This document shows positions 22,901 to 35,929 of a DNA stretch of 64,000 nt, piece after piece; position 1 is the stretch's first letter; each line of letters starts with the position of its first letter. A program made the translations under genes and the position numbers. Below the pieces are notes generated by a model, which was not told where the DNA came from, did no database searches, and saw only the letters and a list, made by a program, of their open reading frames with translations. Source of the DNA: Ranitomeya imitator (taxonomy: Eukaryota); the NCBI RefSeq assembly GCF_032444005.1, contig NC_091290.1, positions 150,846,001-150,910,000 of the forward strand, written 5' to 3'.

Positions 22901-25095
22901 CAGCTGCCTTCTGCCCCCTCTGTGTCCAGCTGCCTTCTGCCCGCTCTGTGTCCAGCTGCCTTCTGCCCCCTCTGTGTCCAGCTGCCTACTGCCCCGTGTC
23001 CAGCTGCCTTCTGCCCCCCTGTGTCCAGCTGCCTTCTGCCCCCTCTGTGTCCAGCTGCCTTCTGCCCCATCTGTGTCCAGCTGCCTTCTGCCCCCCTGTG
23101 TCCAGCTGCCTTCTGCCCCCTCTGTGTCCAGCTGCCTTCTGCCCCCCTGTGTCCAGCTGCCTTCTGCCCCCTCTGTGTCCAGCTGCCTTCTGCCCCCGTG
23201 TCCAGCTTTACTGCCCCCGTGTCCAGCTGCCTTCTGCCCCCTCTGTGTCCAGCTGCCTTCTGCCCCCCTGTGTCCAGCTGCCTTCTGCCCCCGTGTCCAG
23301 CTGCCTTCTGCCCCCTCTGTGTCCAGCTGCCTTCTGCCCCATCTGTGTCCAGCTGCCTTCTGCCCCATCTGTGTCCAGCTGCCTTCTGCCCCCCTGTGTC
23401 CAGCTGCCTTCTGCCCCCTCTGTGTCCAGCTGCCTTCTGCCCCCCTGTGTCCAGCTGCCTTCTGCCCCCTCTGTGTCCAGCTGCCTTCTGCCCCCCTGTG
23501 TCCAGCTTTACTGCCCCCCTGTGTCCAGCTGCCTTCTGCCCCCGTGTCCAGCTGCCTTCTGCCCCCTCTGTGTCCAGCTGCCTTCTGCCCCCCTGTGTCC
23601 AGCTGCCTTCTGCCCCCCTGTGTCCAGCGGCCTTCTGCCCCCCTGTGTCCAGCTGCCTTCTGCCCCCCTGTGTCCAGCGGCCTTCTGCCCCCCTGTGTCC
23701 AGCGGCCTTCTGCCCCCTCTGTGTCCAGCGGCCTTCTGCCCCCTCTGTGTCCAGCGGCCTTCTGCCCCCTCTGTGTCCAGCGGCCTTCTGCCCCCTCTGT
23801 GTCCAGCTGCCTTCTGCCCCCTCTGTGTCCAGCTGTCTTCTGCCCCCTCTGTGTCCAGCTGCCTTCTGCCCCCCTGTGTCCAGCTGCCTTCTGCCCCCTC
23901 TGTGTCCAGCTGCCTTCTGCCCCATCTGTGTCCAGCTGCCTTCTGCCCCCCTGTGTCCAGCTGCCTTCTGCCCCCTCTGTGTTCAGCTGCCTTCTGCCCC
24001 CGTGTCCAGCTGCCTTCTGCCCCCCTGTGTCCAGCTGCCTTCTGCCCCCCTGTGTCCAGCTTTACTGCCCCCCTGTGTCCAGCTGCCTTCTGCCCCCGTG
24101 TCCAGCTGCCTTCTGCCCCCCTGTGTCCAGCTGCCTTCTGCCCCCCTGTGTCCAGCTTTACTGCCCCCCTGTGTCCAGCTGCCTTCTGCCCCCCTGTGTC
24201 CAGCTGCCTTCTGCCCCCCTGTGTCCAGCTGCCTTCTGCCCCCCTGTGTCCAGCTTTACTGCCCCCCTGTGTCCAGCTGCCTTCTGCCCCCCTGTGTCCA
24301 GCTGCCTTCTGCCCCCTCTGTGTCCAGCTGCCTTCTGCCCCCCTGTGTCCAGCTGCCTTCTGCCCCCTCTGTGTCCAGCTGCCTTCTGCCCCCTCTGTGT
24401 CCAGCTGCCTTCTGCCCCCTCTGTGTCCAGCTGCCTTCTGCCCCCTCTGTGTCCAGCTGCCTTCTGCCCCCTCTGTGTCCAGCTGCCTTCTGCCCCCCTG
24501 TGTCCAGCTTTACTGCCCCCCTGTGTCCAGCTGCCTTCTGCCCCCGTGTCCAGCTGCCTTCTGCCCCCTCTGTGTCCAGCTGCCTTCTGCCCCCCTGTGT
24601 CCAGCTGCCTTCTGCCCCCCTGTGTCCAGCGGCCTTCTGCCCCCGTGTCCAGCTGCCTTCTGCCCCCCTGTGTCCAGCGGCCTTCTGCCCCCCTGTGTCC
24701 AGCGGCCTTCTGCCCCCTCTGTGTCCAGCCTTCTGCCCAAACTCCCCCCCCCCCCCCCCGATCGCCGCTCTTAATAGAAAAAAAAAAAGTTCTACTTACC
24801 TGCCGCGCTCCTCTCTCCACGCAGCTGCACTGTGCACTCGCCGGCGACTGACAATGATGTCAGACGCCGGCGACCTGCACGCTGCGGCTGGCGGCTGTTA
24901 ACTATTGACGTGCGGGCGCGGGCCCGCATGTCAATAGCGTACAGCTGCAGCGCCGGCCGCCGCTAAGGGCCCGGTTCAGCCTGCGGCTGCCGGTAGGGGC
25001 CCGGTGAGCAGGTAAGAGGGGGCCCGATGCGGGCCCCCTCTGCTCACCGGGCCCCTTACGCCAGTCACGGCTGTAATGCCCTGATGGCGGCCCTG
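19982..25095. mobile_element. Non-autonomous hAT element (5.1 kb) carrying an internal satellite
   Basis: TIRs CAGGGCTGCCA / TGGCGGCCCTG; exact 8-bp TSD TTGATATG (19974-19981 and 25096-25103). Confidence 0.92.
21176..24730 (+). repeat. 23-25-bp satellite inside the hAT element (two subarrays)
   Basis: CCATCTCTGTCCAGCACTCTGCC, then CTGTGTCCAGCTGCCTTCTGCCCC(CT). Confidence 0.96.
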
Positions 25096-25409
25096 TTGAT
25101 ATGACTCGCAGCACCAATGGGAAGATCAGGAAAAACTAGAGCAGGTCCATTTGCAATTTCACTTGATGGAATTAGAACCATGGACTCCAATGCTGCAAAG
25201 AACAGACGCTTCGCAACAGCCACGTACCAACTGAAGTCAGAAAGATGTTTTATCATATTTTCTTTGTGTTATTGGCTAGATTTTCAAGTAGTTTGTTTTG
25301 GTTACATGTTCATATGTCTACTTGAAACAAAAGAGAAAATTGGGTCGAAACTCTCTCCTTGGTTTTTTGGTAAAGTGTATTTTGTTTTCCAGGAGTAACC
25401 CTGTCTACC

Positions 25410-28400
25410 ATGGATTATAAAAGCCGGGACACTAACTGGCTCTCACAGATATCTACAATTTTTGGGGACAATCCAGATAAGAATATTGTTGTTAATGTTA
25501 ATACTGATGTTTTAATGGCAGACAGACGGCAGCTAAGGGATCTTTTGTTTAAACGCACCAAAACCTGGTGGAATAGTAAAACTCTTGAACAGTATTTACA
25601 ACGTAAATTTGTACCCAGAGGGCTGCGTGTGCAAATATTCCCCTCATTCATAATTGATGATGTGGGGATAAAAAACAAATGGGAGGAAGCTTGTAATAGC
25701 TGTTCCAGAACTTTTTTGGAGCTGTTAATTTCCCTTGATCAGAAAAAAATGGAAGTAATAGAGGGACAGATACGGATCATTCAAGATAGGCTTAAAGAAA
25801 AAATGACAACAGTGGAAATGACTGTATTTGAGGAGGAATTAAATAGAGACTACATTAAGTGGGAAGAGGATCTCAAGAAAACCAAAACTCAGAAATTTCA
25901 GAGGGATCAAGCTGATTATCAGCAGAATATGGTTTACAGATGGAGAAAGAACGAAAACATTATTCGTACAAATTCCATTGCTTCAGTTTCGAGTAGTTCT
26001 TCACACATATCAACTGAGTCGAATGCATCAGCCAATCCAAGGCGATATAATACTCGCCAAAGGACTAATGGGCGGAATTATAATAAGTATCAGGAGCCAG
26101 CACAAAGTAACAGTCTAAAGGTAATTAATTTATCTTACACTGTTTTGTCACCAGCTCAAATTTCGGTTCTCTCTTTGGGTTTGACTTTTTGCCCCACGTC
26201 TAATTTTGATGCCTTTGTAGCAATTAAGGATGTTTTCTTGTTTGCACGAAAACTTCTTTTGAAGAAGTTCCATGAAGGTAAAAACCATTCTAATACACTC
26301 TTTTCAACAGAGGCAGAAATGGAAGCACTTCGCGCACTAGAAGAACTACTTCTCGAGCAAGAGGAACAAGCACCAAGTAAGTTTCCGGATTTCATAAGAA
26401 AAAAGTCAACAAATTTCCCACCCATCTCCTTGAATTCATCTGTGGAGATTTTTGTTAGGATGGTTTGTAATGAGTTGTATCAACTTAAGATACACCGACC
26501 ATTTGATAACCTAACAGTGGCACAGCGGCAAGCATTAAACGAACTAAAGAATATGAAACAAGTCGTCTTTAAACCGGCCGACAAAGGCGGTAATGTGGTG
26601 GTCTGGCCAGTTCAACTTTATGAAAAGGAAGCATTCAAACAGCTTAATAATACTGAATGCTATCAGAAATTAGCTTCAGACCCCACAACCGCCTTTCAAA
26701 GGCAATTGTTTAATACCCTGGACGACGCACTAGAGAGAGGCCTTATCACTAAAAGCATCTGGGAGGGCTTACGCACTAACCATCCTGTAATTCCAACAAT
26801 ATATTTCCTACCTAAGGTGCATAAAGATCTGTCCAACCCACCCGGTAGACCAATAGTATCAGGGTGTGGTGGACTGAATGAACCGGTCTGTAAATTTCTG
26901 GATTACTATTTGAAGCCCTGTGTAGAGGAATTACCCTCCTATGTAAGAGATTCTGCAGATGTTCTTCAGAGATTACAAGGGATAACATTGGAACCAGATA
27001 TGTTTCTTATTACTGGAGATGTAGAATCTCTTTACACCTGCATAAAGCATGAATAGGGAATCTCAGCAGCAAGATTCTTCTTGTCAAATAAAGGCATTGA
27101 TGGTGAACTATTATGCTTACTATTGGAATTGTTGGAGCATGCATTGACCCATAACTATTTTACGTTCAAGGACAGATATTATGTACAGCAACGAGGCGTG
27201 GCTATGGGGGCGGCTTTTGCGCCCTCATATGCCAACCTCTTTATGGGTCAATGGGAACGTGAACATATGTTGCCATACCTGAATGATGTTCAAGGTCCCT
27301 CTGTGGTGAGTTGGATGCGATTCATCGATGACCTGTTGTTTATTTGGCAGGGGGAGAGAAAGGAGCTGGACAAATTTCTTATGCATTTGAATGACAACGA
27401 TTGGAATGTAAAGCTGACCTTTAAAGTTACCACCAACAAGATGGATTTCTTGGATCTACAACTAACGGTGGACCAGATGGGTTGTATTCACAGTACAATT
27501 TTCCGGAAAGAAACAAGTACTAATTCTGTGTTACATGCGAAGTCAGCACATCCGGGACACACTATTAGGGCGATTCCAAAGGGCCAGTTTATTCGCGCTA
27601 AAAGAATCTGTGATACTGATAAAGAATTTGAGTCACAGGCCCGAGATATGACCTGTAGATTTTTGGATCGAGGATATAAATTTCAGGACATCAATAGAGG
27701 TTATCAACAAGCCAAAGAACTGGATCGAAATCTGTTATTACAGAATAAAGTCACAAAAAAAGGAGATTCTCGATTGCGAATAATTACGAATTACCATGGG
27801 AGATGGAATGATATGAACAGTATTTTTAATCAGTTCTGGACAATTCTTAAACAGGATCCAAGTCTTGCAAAGTTTGTAGAGGATCGGCCATTGGTTGTGG
27901 CAAGGAGAAGTAGAACCATTGGTGAGACTATCACACATAGCCACTATGTAGCACCTAAATCCAGCTTTATCTTTGACTCAAGAGGACCCAAATGGGGATC
28001 ACGTGCATGTGGCACATGTAGTGCCTGTAAATACATGGTCAAGACGGAAACATTCAGTAATTCTACTAAAACACGGGATTTCAAAATTGTTCACCCGATT
28101 AACTGCAGAACTATGTCAGTTATATACTATTTGACCTGCCCATGTGGGCTTATTTATGTGGGACTTACGTCAAGACAACTTCGGGTGCCAATATTAGAAC
28201 ATATAAGAGACATTAGATCCGCGAGACTCTTGGACTCGGAAAATTTGCAGAAGGAGGACTTTGTGAAATTAAAAACGATACCAGCTCATTATCGAGAATT
28301 CCATCCTTCTGGTCCGATTGAACTCCAAGTAAGAGGTATTGATGTAGTTCACTTGGGCATTCGCGGGGGCAATATCATGAAAAGACTAGCCCAAAAGGAA

Positions 28401-28478
28401 TGTCGTTGGATCACCAATTTGAGAACAGTGAAGCCACACGGTCTTAATGACCAGTGGGGCTTTTCTAGTTTTCTGTAA
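25410..28478 (+). pseudogene. PLE reverse transcriptase/GIY-YIG endonuclease ORF with a single premature TAG at 27054-27056
   Basis: ORFs 25410-27056 and 27081-28478 share a frame; motifs KPADKGG, LPKVHK, PGRPIVS, GDVESLYT, GVAMG..FAPSYANLFM, RFIDD, CGTCSAC linker, VIYYLTCPCGLIYVGLT. Confidence 0.95.
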
Positions 28479-29864
28479 TAATCTCCTGTTTCCTTCTCCC
28501 TCTGATCTCTGCGCTGTCGTCTGCCTGATTTTACTTTTATTTCTATTTTGTTTTTATCCAAATGTTTTTAATTTTTGTATTTGTCCTTCATGTATATATT
28601 TCTTCTATATAGGGTGGCAATTGCTGGCTGATTTTTATATGAGATCTGAATTGTTATGGCTATGATCGTAATTACTTTTGTTTTTTCATTATTTTTAGAA
28701 CTGTGATAGGTCTGTAATATATGGATACGCACCGGGATGGGTTGGCAAAGTGAGAGAACAGACAAAGCATTCCTGGTGGAAATTCCGGATTTCAACACGA
28801 ATAGTGCTTATTTATGCACAGTATTTCAAAATGGGATTATTGTTTGTTTCATAGTATATATTATTATACTTTTATATTTTTCATAATTCTGGAAAATAAT
28901 TTATTTATTATTTTCACATGCACATTTTAATCTCACTTGTTTTTGTGCCATATTTATTATTATGTATGTGGTGCATGTATACAATATACATTTAGATTTA
29001 TAAATGAGTATTACAATATAATTTATTTATTTTTTCACTTGTATTATTTGATGGGTCTAGCATTTCCCCTTGTAATGCATGGCTTATGTTACAACTGTTC
29101 ATATATACTATATACCATATAGATTTCCCTAAAAAATATATGATCTATAACTTGCCTGGTATATTAAATTGAATTTGTGTGATGCCGGTACGCGTCTTCT
29201 GCCCCCGCTGCATTTATGCCCCGTTGTGTTTTCCTGCGTGGCGCTGCGGAGAATGCTTAGGCATTTTTCTGGGGCGCCGCTGTGGGTTTCACGCTGTGGG
29301 TCGTGGGCGCTGCGGTGGTGTTTGGGGCGTTATCCGGTTACCACACTTTCCGGTATTTTACATCACTTAATTAATATCTGGACCCTTGTTGCCCGTATAA
29401 CTGCCTTATTCTATCATGGCAGGTTTGGTACTTGTGCGCATCTCTGTGGCTGGGGGGACGCCCCTGGTTACGTGATCCGCTTGCGGCGTCGCGGGCGGCG
29501 CTTTGGCGCCTCCCTGTGACGTTGCCGCGGGTCATGTGCCGGGGGTGCCTTCACCTTGGTCACATGAGATGCGCCGCCTCCGGTATCATCAGCCAAAATT
29601 CTTTGCCCTTACTTTTGCCCAGCACCTATATGGCGGTCGTGGCGCTTGTGCGCATCCTCTGTGTACTGGGTGGGCGGGTCCTGTCACGTGGTCCGCTTGT
29701 GACGTTGCTGGCGGCGCTCAGGCGCTTTCCTGTGACGTTGCCGCGGCCCATGTGCCGGGGACGCTAACGCTGCAGTGGCGGGGGATGCGCCGCCTTTAGT
29801 GCCATGATTGGCCTAAACTTTAGTGGGCAACACATAAAAAGCTGACAGCATAGCCATCCTATAC

Positions 29865-29908
29865 CACTCCCTGAGGAAGCGACGTGCTGCGAAACGCGCG
29901 TTGGAGTG
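29865..29908 (+). ncRNA. Minimal type I hammerhead ribozyme in the PLE 3' region
   Basis: CACTCC CTGAGGA AGCGACGTGCTGC GAA ACGCGCGT T GGAGTG: 6-bp stem I, intact core, palindromic stem III. Confidence 0.75.
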
Positions 29909-30764
29909 CGGGGTTGAGGCACATCATGAGCACTGGTAAGGTCAGCCACATTTATAATGCACCTTATTTTTCTTGTACTTTATAGATACTAATATATGGA
30001 GAAGTTATAGGTATTATACCTTATATCGTCACTACTATTGCTATTAGCATCATGCACAGTGCACTTTACTATACATCTTTCTCTATTTGATAGTGGTTCT
30101 TTGCCGTGTCTCATACATACCTGTTGAGCAAAAAAAGAAAGGACATAATATTACTATACTGTATATACACGGTTATCAGTGGTCCTTATATAGAAACTTT
30201 GATATCTTTATTTGTGTATTTTTGTGCCTCCTCCGACTGTCTGTGTTATTGTTTGTTAGTGTCTTTATATTTAATAAAATATTATGTTTTATCATATTTT
30301 CTGTGTGTTATTGGCTAGATTTTCAAGTAGTTTGTTTTGGTTACAGGAAGTCAGAAAGAAGCCTTAGACTTACCTGATAGCTACGTCATCAATATGTCTA
30401 TCAGTGCCCAACGACAGGTCATGAAAAACTAAAGCAGGTCCATTTTCAGTTTCTAAAGTACAACTGAGAGGGAGAGTTACTCCGACCTCAGAACTAAGAA
30501 CCAAAGCACTGAAAGGTAATGGAGCTAACCACTGACCCACCATAGAAGTACCCGATGGCTCGGTCATCAATATGTCTATCAGTAACCACCGACAGGTCAT
30601 GAAAAGGAAGAGCAGGTTCCCTTGTGGTCACTGATCATTTTCTGAGATGTGTCTGAGAGGAGGAATCTCATTGTTCTTGGTCAGAAGTGAACCAATGAAA
30701 ACAGCAACAAGAAAAAGAAAGCAACAGTGTTACCATGCTGCCCCATGGGTGCTTAACCACCAGC

Positions 30765-33700
30765 AACAGCAGGCTGTGCACGATCTATGAGATGGGAACA
30801 TAACAGCAGGCTGTGCACGATCTATGAGATGGGAACATAACAGCAGGCTGTGCCCCGATCTATGAGATGGGAACATAACAGCAGGCTGTGCACTGATCTA
30901 TGAGATGGGAACATAACAGCAGGCTGTGCCCCGATCTATGAGATGGGAACATAACAGCAGGCTGTGCACCGATCTATGAGATGGGAACATAACAGCAGGC
31001 TGTGCCCCGATCTATGAGATGGGAACATAACAGCAGGCTGTGCACCGATCTATGAGATGGGAACATAACAGCAGGCTGTGCACCGATCTATGAGATGGGA
31101 ACATAACAGCAGGCTGTGCCCCGATCTATGAGATGGGAACATAACAGCAGGCTGTGCACGATCTATGAGATGGGAACATAACAGCAGGCTGTGCACGATC
31201 TATGAGATGGGAACATAACAGCAGGCTGTGCACGATCTATGAGATGGGAACATAACAGCAGGCTGTGCCCCGATCTATGAGATGGGAACATAACAGCAGG
31301 CTGTGCACGATCTATGAGATGGGAACATAACAGCAGGCTGTGCCCCGATCTATGAGATGGGAACATAACAGCAGGCTGTGCCCCGATCTATGAGATGGGA
31401 ACATAACAGCAGGCTGTGCACGATCTATGAGATGGGAATATAACAGCAGGCTGTGCACGATCTATGAGATGGGAACATAACAGCAGGCTGTGCACCGATC
31501 TATGAGATGGGAACATAACAGCAGGCTGTGCCCCGATCTATGAGATGGGAACATAACAGCAGGCTGTGCACGATCTATGAGATGGGAATATAACAGCAGG
31601 CTGTGCACGATCTATGAGATGGGAACATAACAGCAGGCTGTGCACCGATCTATGAGATGGGAATATAACAGCAGGCTGTGCACGATCTATGAGATGGGAA
31701 CATAACAGCAGGCTGTGCACGATCTATGAGATGGGAACATAACAGCAGGCTGTGCACGATCTATGAGATGGGAACATAACAGCAGGCTGTGCACGATCTA
31801 TGAGATGGGAACATAACAGCAGGCTGTGCACCGATCTATGAGATGGGAACATAACAGCAGGCTGTGCCCCGATCTATGAGATGGGAACATAACAGCAGGC
31901 TGTGCACCGATCTATGAGATGGGAACATAACAGCAGGCTGTGCACCGATCTATGAGATGGGAACATAACAGCAGGCTGTGCCCCGATCTATGAGATGGGA
32001 ACATAACAGCAGGCTGTGCACCGATCTATGAGATGGGAACATAACAGCAGGCTGTGCCCCGATCTATGAGATGGGAACATAACAGCAGGCTGTGCACGAT
32101 CTATGAGATGGGAACATAACAGCAGGCTGTGCACAATCTATGAGATGGGAACATAACAGCAGGCTGTGCCCCGATCTATGAGATGGGAACATAACAGCAG
32201 GCTGTGCACGATCTATGAGATGGGAACATAACAGCAGGCTGTGCCCCGATCTATGAGATGGGAACATAACAGCAGGCTGTGCACGATCTATGAGATGGGA
32301 ACATAACAGCAGGCTGTGCCCCGATCTATGAGATGGGAACATAACAGCAGGCTGTGCCCCGATCTATGAGATGGGAACATAACAGCAGGCTGTGCACGAT
32401 CTATGAGATGGGAACATAACAGCAGGCTGTGCACGATCTATGAGATGGGAACATAACAGCAGGCTGTGCCCCGATCTATGAGATGGGAACATAACAGCAG
32501 GCTGTGCACCGATCTATGAGATGGGAACATAACAGCAGGCTGTGCACCGATCTATGAGATGGGAACATAACAGCAGGCTGTGCCCCGATCTATGAGATGG
32601 GAACATAACAGCAGGCTGTGCCCCGATCTATGAGATGGGAACATAACAGCAGGCTGTGCCCCGATCTATGAGATGGGAACATAACAGCAGGCTGTGCCCC
32701 GATCTATGAGATGGGAACATAACAGCAGGCTGTGCCCCGATCTATGAGATGGGAACATAACAGCAGGCTGTGCCCCGATCTATGAGATGGGAACATAACA
32801 GCAGGCTGTGCCCCGATCTATGAGATGGGAACATAACAGCAGGCTGTGCACGATCTATGAGATGGGAACATAACAGCAGGCTGTGCCCCGATCTATGAGA
32901 TGGGAACATAACAGCAGGCTGTGCACCGATCTATGAGATGGGAACATAACAGCAGGCTGTGCCCCGATCTATGAGATGGGAACATAACAGCAGGCTGTGC
33001 ACGATCTATGAGATGGGAATATAACAGCAGGCTGTGCACGATCTATGAGATGGGAACATAACAGCAGGCTGTGCACCGATCTATGAGATGGGAATATAAC
33101 AGCAGGCTGTGCACGATCTATGAGATGGGAACATAACAGCAGGCTGTGCACGATCTATGAGATGGGAACATAACAGCAGGCTGTGCACGATCTATGAGAT
33201 GGGAACATAACAGCAGGCTGTGCACGATCTATGAGATGGGAACATAACAGCAGGCTGTGCACCGATCTATGAGATGGGAACATAACAGCAGGCTGTGCCC
33301 CGATCTATGAGATGGGAACATAACAGCAGGCTGTGCACCGATCTATGAGATGGGAACATAACAGCAGGCTGTGCACCGATCTATGAGATGGGAACATAAC
33401 AGCAGGCTGTGCCCCGATCTATGAGATGGGAACATAACAGCAGGCTGTGCACCGATCTATGAGATGGGAACATAACAGCAGGCTGTGCCCCGATCTATGA
33501 GATGGGAACATAACAGCAGGCTGTGCACGATCTATGAGATGGGAACATAACAGCAGGCTGTGCACAATCTATGAGATGGGAACATAACAGCAGGCTGTGC
33601 CCCGATCTATGAGATGGGAACATAACAGCAGGCTGTGCCCCGATCTATGAGATGGGAACATAACAGCAGGCTGTGCACGATCTATGAGATGGGAACATAA

Positions 33701-33860
33701 CAGCAGGCTGTGCCCCGATCTATGAGATGGGAACATAACAGCAGGCTGTGCACCGATCTATGAGATGGGAACATAACAGCAGGCTGTGCACCGATCTATG
33801 AGATGGGAACACAACAGCAGGCTGTGCCCCGATCTATGAGATGGGAACATAACAGCAGGC
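30765..33860 (+). repeat. 37/38-bp satellite, left part (about 82 copies)
   Basis: Unit GATCTATGAGATGGGAACATAACAGCAGGCTGTGC(AC/CCC/ACC). Confidence 0.97.
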
Positions 33861-35929
33861 CAGTGGCGTAGGAAGGGGAGTGCGGGGGGGGCGGTCCGCC
33901 CCGGGCGGCACAATGCGGGGGGGGCGGCCGGCGCTGCAGGAGAAGAAGAAGAAAAAAAAAAAAGACGCCCCTTTAAATCTTCGGGCGGCGCCGTCCGCCG
34001 CCACGACCAGGGCCAGCTCCCCAAAAACCGGGCCCCGCCCCCGCCCCCCGCTCTAATACTCACCTCTCCTGGTTCCTGCGGCTTCAGCGTCCTCTGACTC
34101 TGCGACGTCTCAGGGCAGAGGGCGCGATGACGTCACTACTGTGCGCGCCGCTCTGCCTCTCTGTCCTGAGCGTCGCAGAGCCGGAGAGACGCTGACTGGC
34201 TGCACCGGACCTGCGCTAGGAACGGGAGAGGTGAGGATTTTACTTTTTTTTTTCTTTTCTTTATGTCTGACTGTCTGGGGCTGGGGCAATGCTGGAACAC
34301 TGGGGCAATACTGGAGACCATGGGGCAGATTGCTGGACACACTGGGGCAGTACTGGAGACCATGGGGCAGAATGCTGGACACACTGGGGCAGTACAGGAG
34401 ACTATGGGGCAGATTGCTGGACACACTGGGGCAATACAGGAGACCATGGGGCAGATTGCTAGACACACTGGGGCAATACAGGAGACTATGGGGCAGATTG
34501 CTGGACACACTGGGGCAATACTGGAGACCATGGGGCAGAATGCTGGACACACTGGGGCAATACTGGAGACCCTGGGGCAGATTTCTGGACACATTGAGGC
34601 AATGCTGGAGACCCTGGGGCAGACTTCTGGACACACTGGGGCAATGCTGGACACTGGGGCAGATTGCTGGACACACTGGGGGTAATATGCTGGACACACT
34701 GGGGCAATGCTGGACACTGGGGGTAATATGCTGGACACACTGGGGCAGACTGCTGGACACACTGGGGAAAGGCTGGACACTGGGGCAGATTGCTGGACAC
34801 ACTGGGGGCAGTGCTGGACATACTGGGGCAGATTGCTGGACACACTGGGGGTAATATGCTGGACACACTGGGGCAGATTGCTGGACAACATGGGGGTAAT
34901 ATGCTGAACACACTGGGGCAGATTGCTGGACAACATGGGGGTAATATGCTGGACACACTGGGGGCAGGACTTGAGGCATGGGCAGAATGTAGATACGGGG
35001 CATGATTGGAGACACGGGGCAGGATTGGATCATGGGGCAGGACGGATACGATGCAGGCTGGTGGGGCAGGATGGGGAGATCATATGGGGTAGAATGGATA
35101 CTCATGAGGGCAGGATGCGAGAACATATGGCTGGAGCCAGGAATGAGATAAACGGGGCCAGGGTGGGGAATAGTGTTACCATAGGGGATAATTAAGGGAT
35201 ATTATTACTGCAGTGATGTATTTATTTTATTTTTTGAGTATACTGTTTTAAATGGGGGGCAGGCCTGTTACTGTGCAGAGTGACACTATATCACCTTTTT
35301 TTCTTCATGTGATGTAATGTAGAAGTTGTGAAAAATTAAGTAATGTGTTCTGCAAACGGAGCTCGAGATAACTGTGTTATTTCCTGCAGAAACGAGTCCT
35401 GGCTGGAAGGAATGATGGCGGTCTGTGCTGGATGAAAGATGAAGGACTTCACCTAGAGACGTCACTGGTGAGTCAGTGTTACCTATACACTGACACTATA
35501 CACTGTATACTATATAGAGGTCCTGTGTATAATGTCACCGGTGATCTCTGTATTACCTCTACACAGACACTGCATACTAAGTACAGATCTCCTGTGAATA
35601 CTGGCACTTATGGTGATAGTATTGTGTTTTTTTTTTTATTACTGATCAGTATTGTAGTATTCAGTCACTATGTGGTGGTAATATGTGGTCTGGAAATGGT
35701 GCGGTGGTATTTGTCCCTTGTATGTAGTATTATTCGGTCACTATGTGGCCTGGTCATGGTGTGGTGGTATTAAGTCACAGGTGTGGCATGTGGGAGTGAC
35801 ACCATTAGGCCCAGTTTAAGTTCTACAAAACAGGAAAACCATTTTTGGTAACCTTTGTGTGTATTGAGCCGGGGGGGGCGCCAAACTCGGGAACAGCCCC
35901 GGGCAGCAAAAGCTCCAGCTACGCCTCTG
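33861..35929. mobile_element. Non-autonomous hAT element (2069 bp) inserted in the satellite
   Basis: TIRs CAGTGGCGTAG / CTACGCCTCTG; 8-bp TSD CAGCAGGC (33853-33860 and 35930-35937); internal 22-bp repeat. Confidence 0.92.

Larger units (their letters stand above)
25246..30346 (+). mobile_element. Penelope-like retroelement (Neptune-like), near full length
   Basis: RT plus GIY-YIG ORF; 62-bp terminal direct repeat (25245-25306 and 30284-30345, one mismatch); 13-bp TSD GAAGTCAGAAAGA (25233-25245 and 30347-30359). Confidence 0.93.
16524..30693. repeat. Foldback array of about 160-bp units, each with a tRNA-derived SINE head; right arm interrupted by a hAT element and a Penelope element
   Basis: A box TGGCCCAGTGG and B box GGTTCTAATCC in each unit; SINE body GACATCTGCAAGGAGTTTGTATGTTCTCC after the innermost units; 16524-16800 is inverted at 30390-30693; symmetry centre near 17890. 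Confidence 0.8.

Noticed and set aside
21041-24901. Cys/Pro-rich 717-1237-aa ORFs resembling keratin-associated proteins
   Set aside because: Satellite inside a TSD-flanked hAT element; open in all frames.
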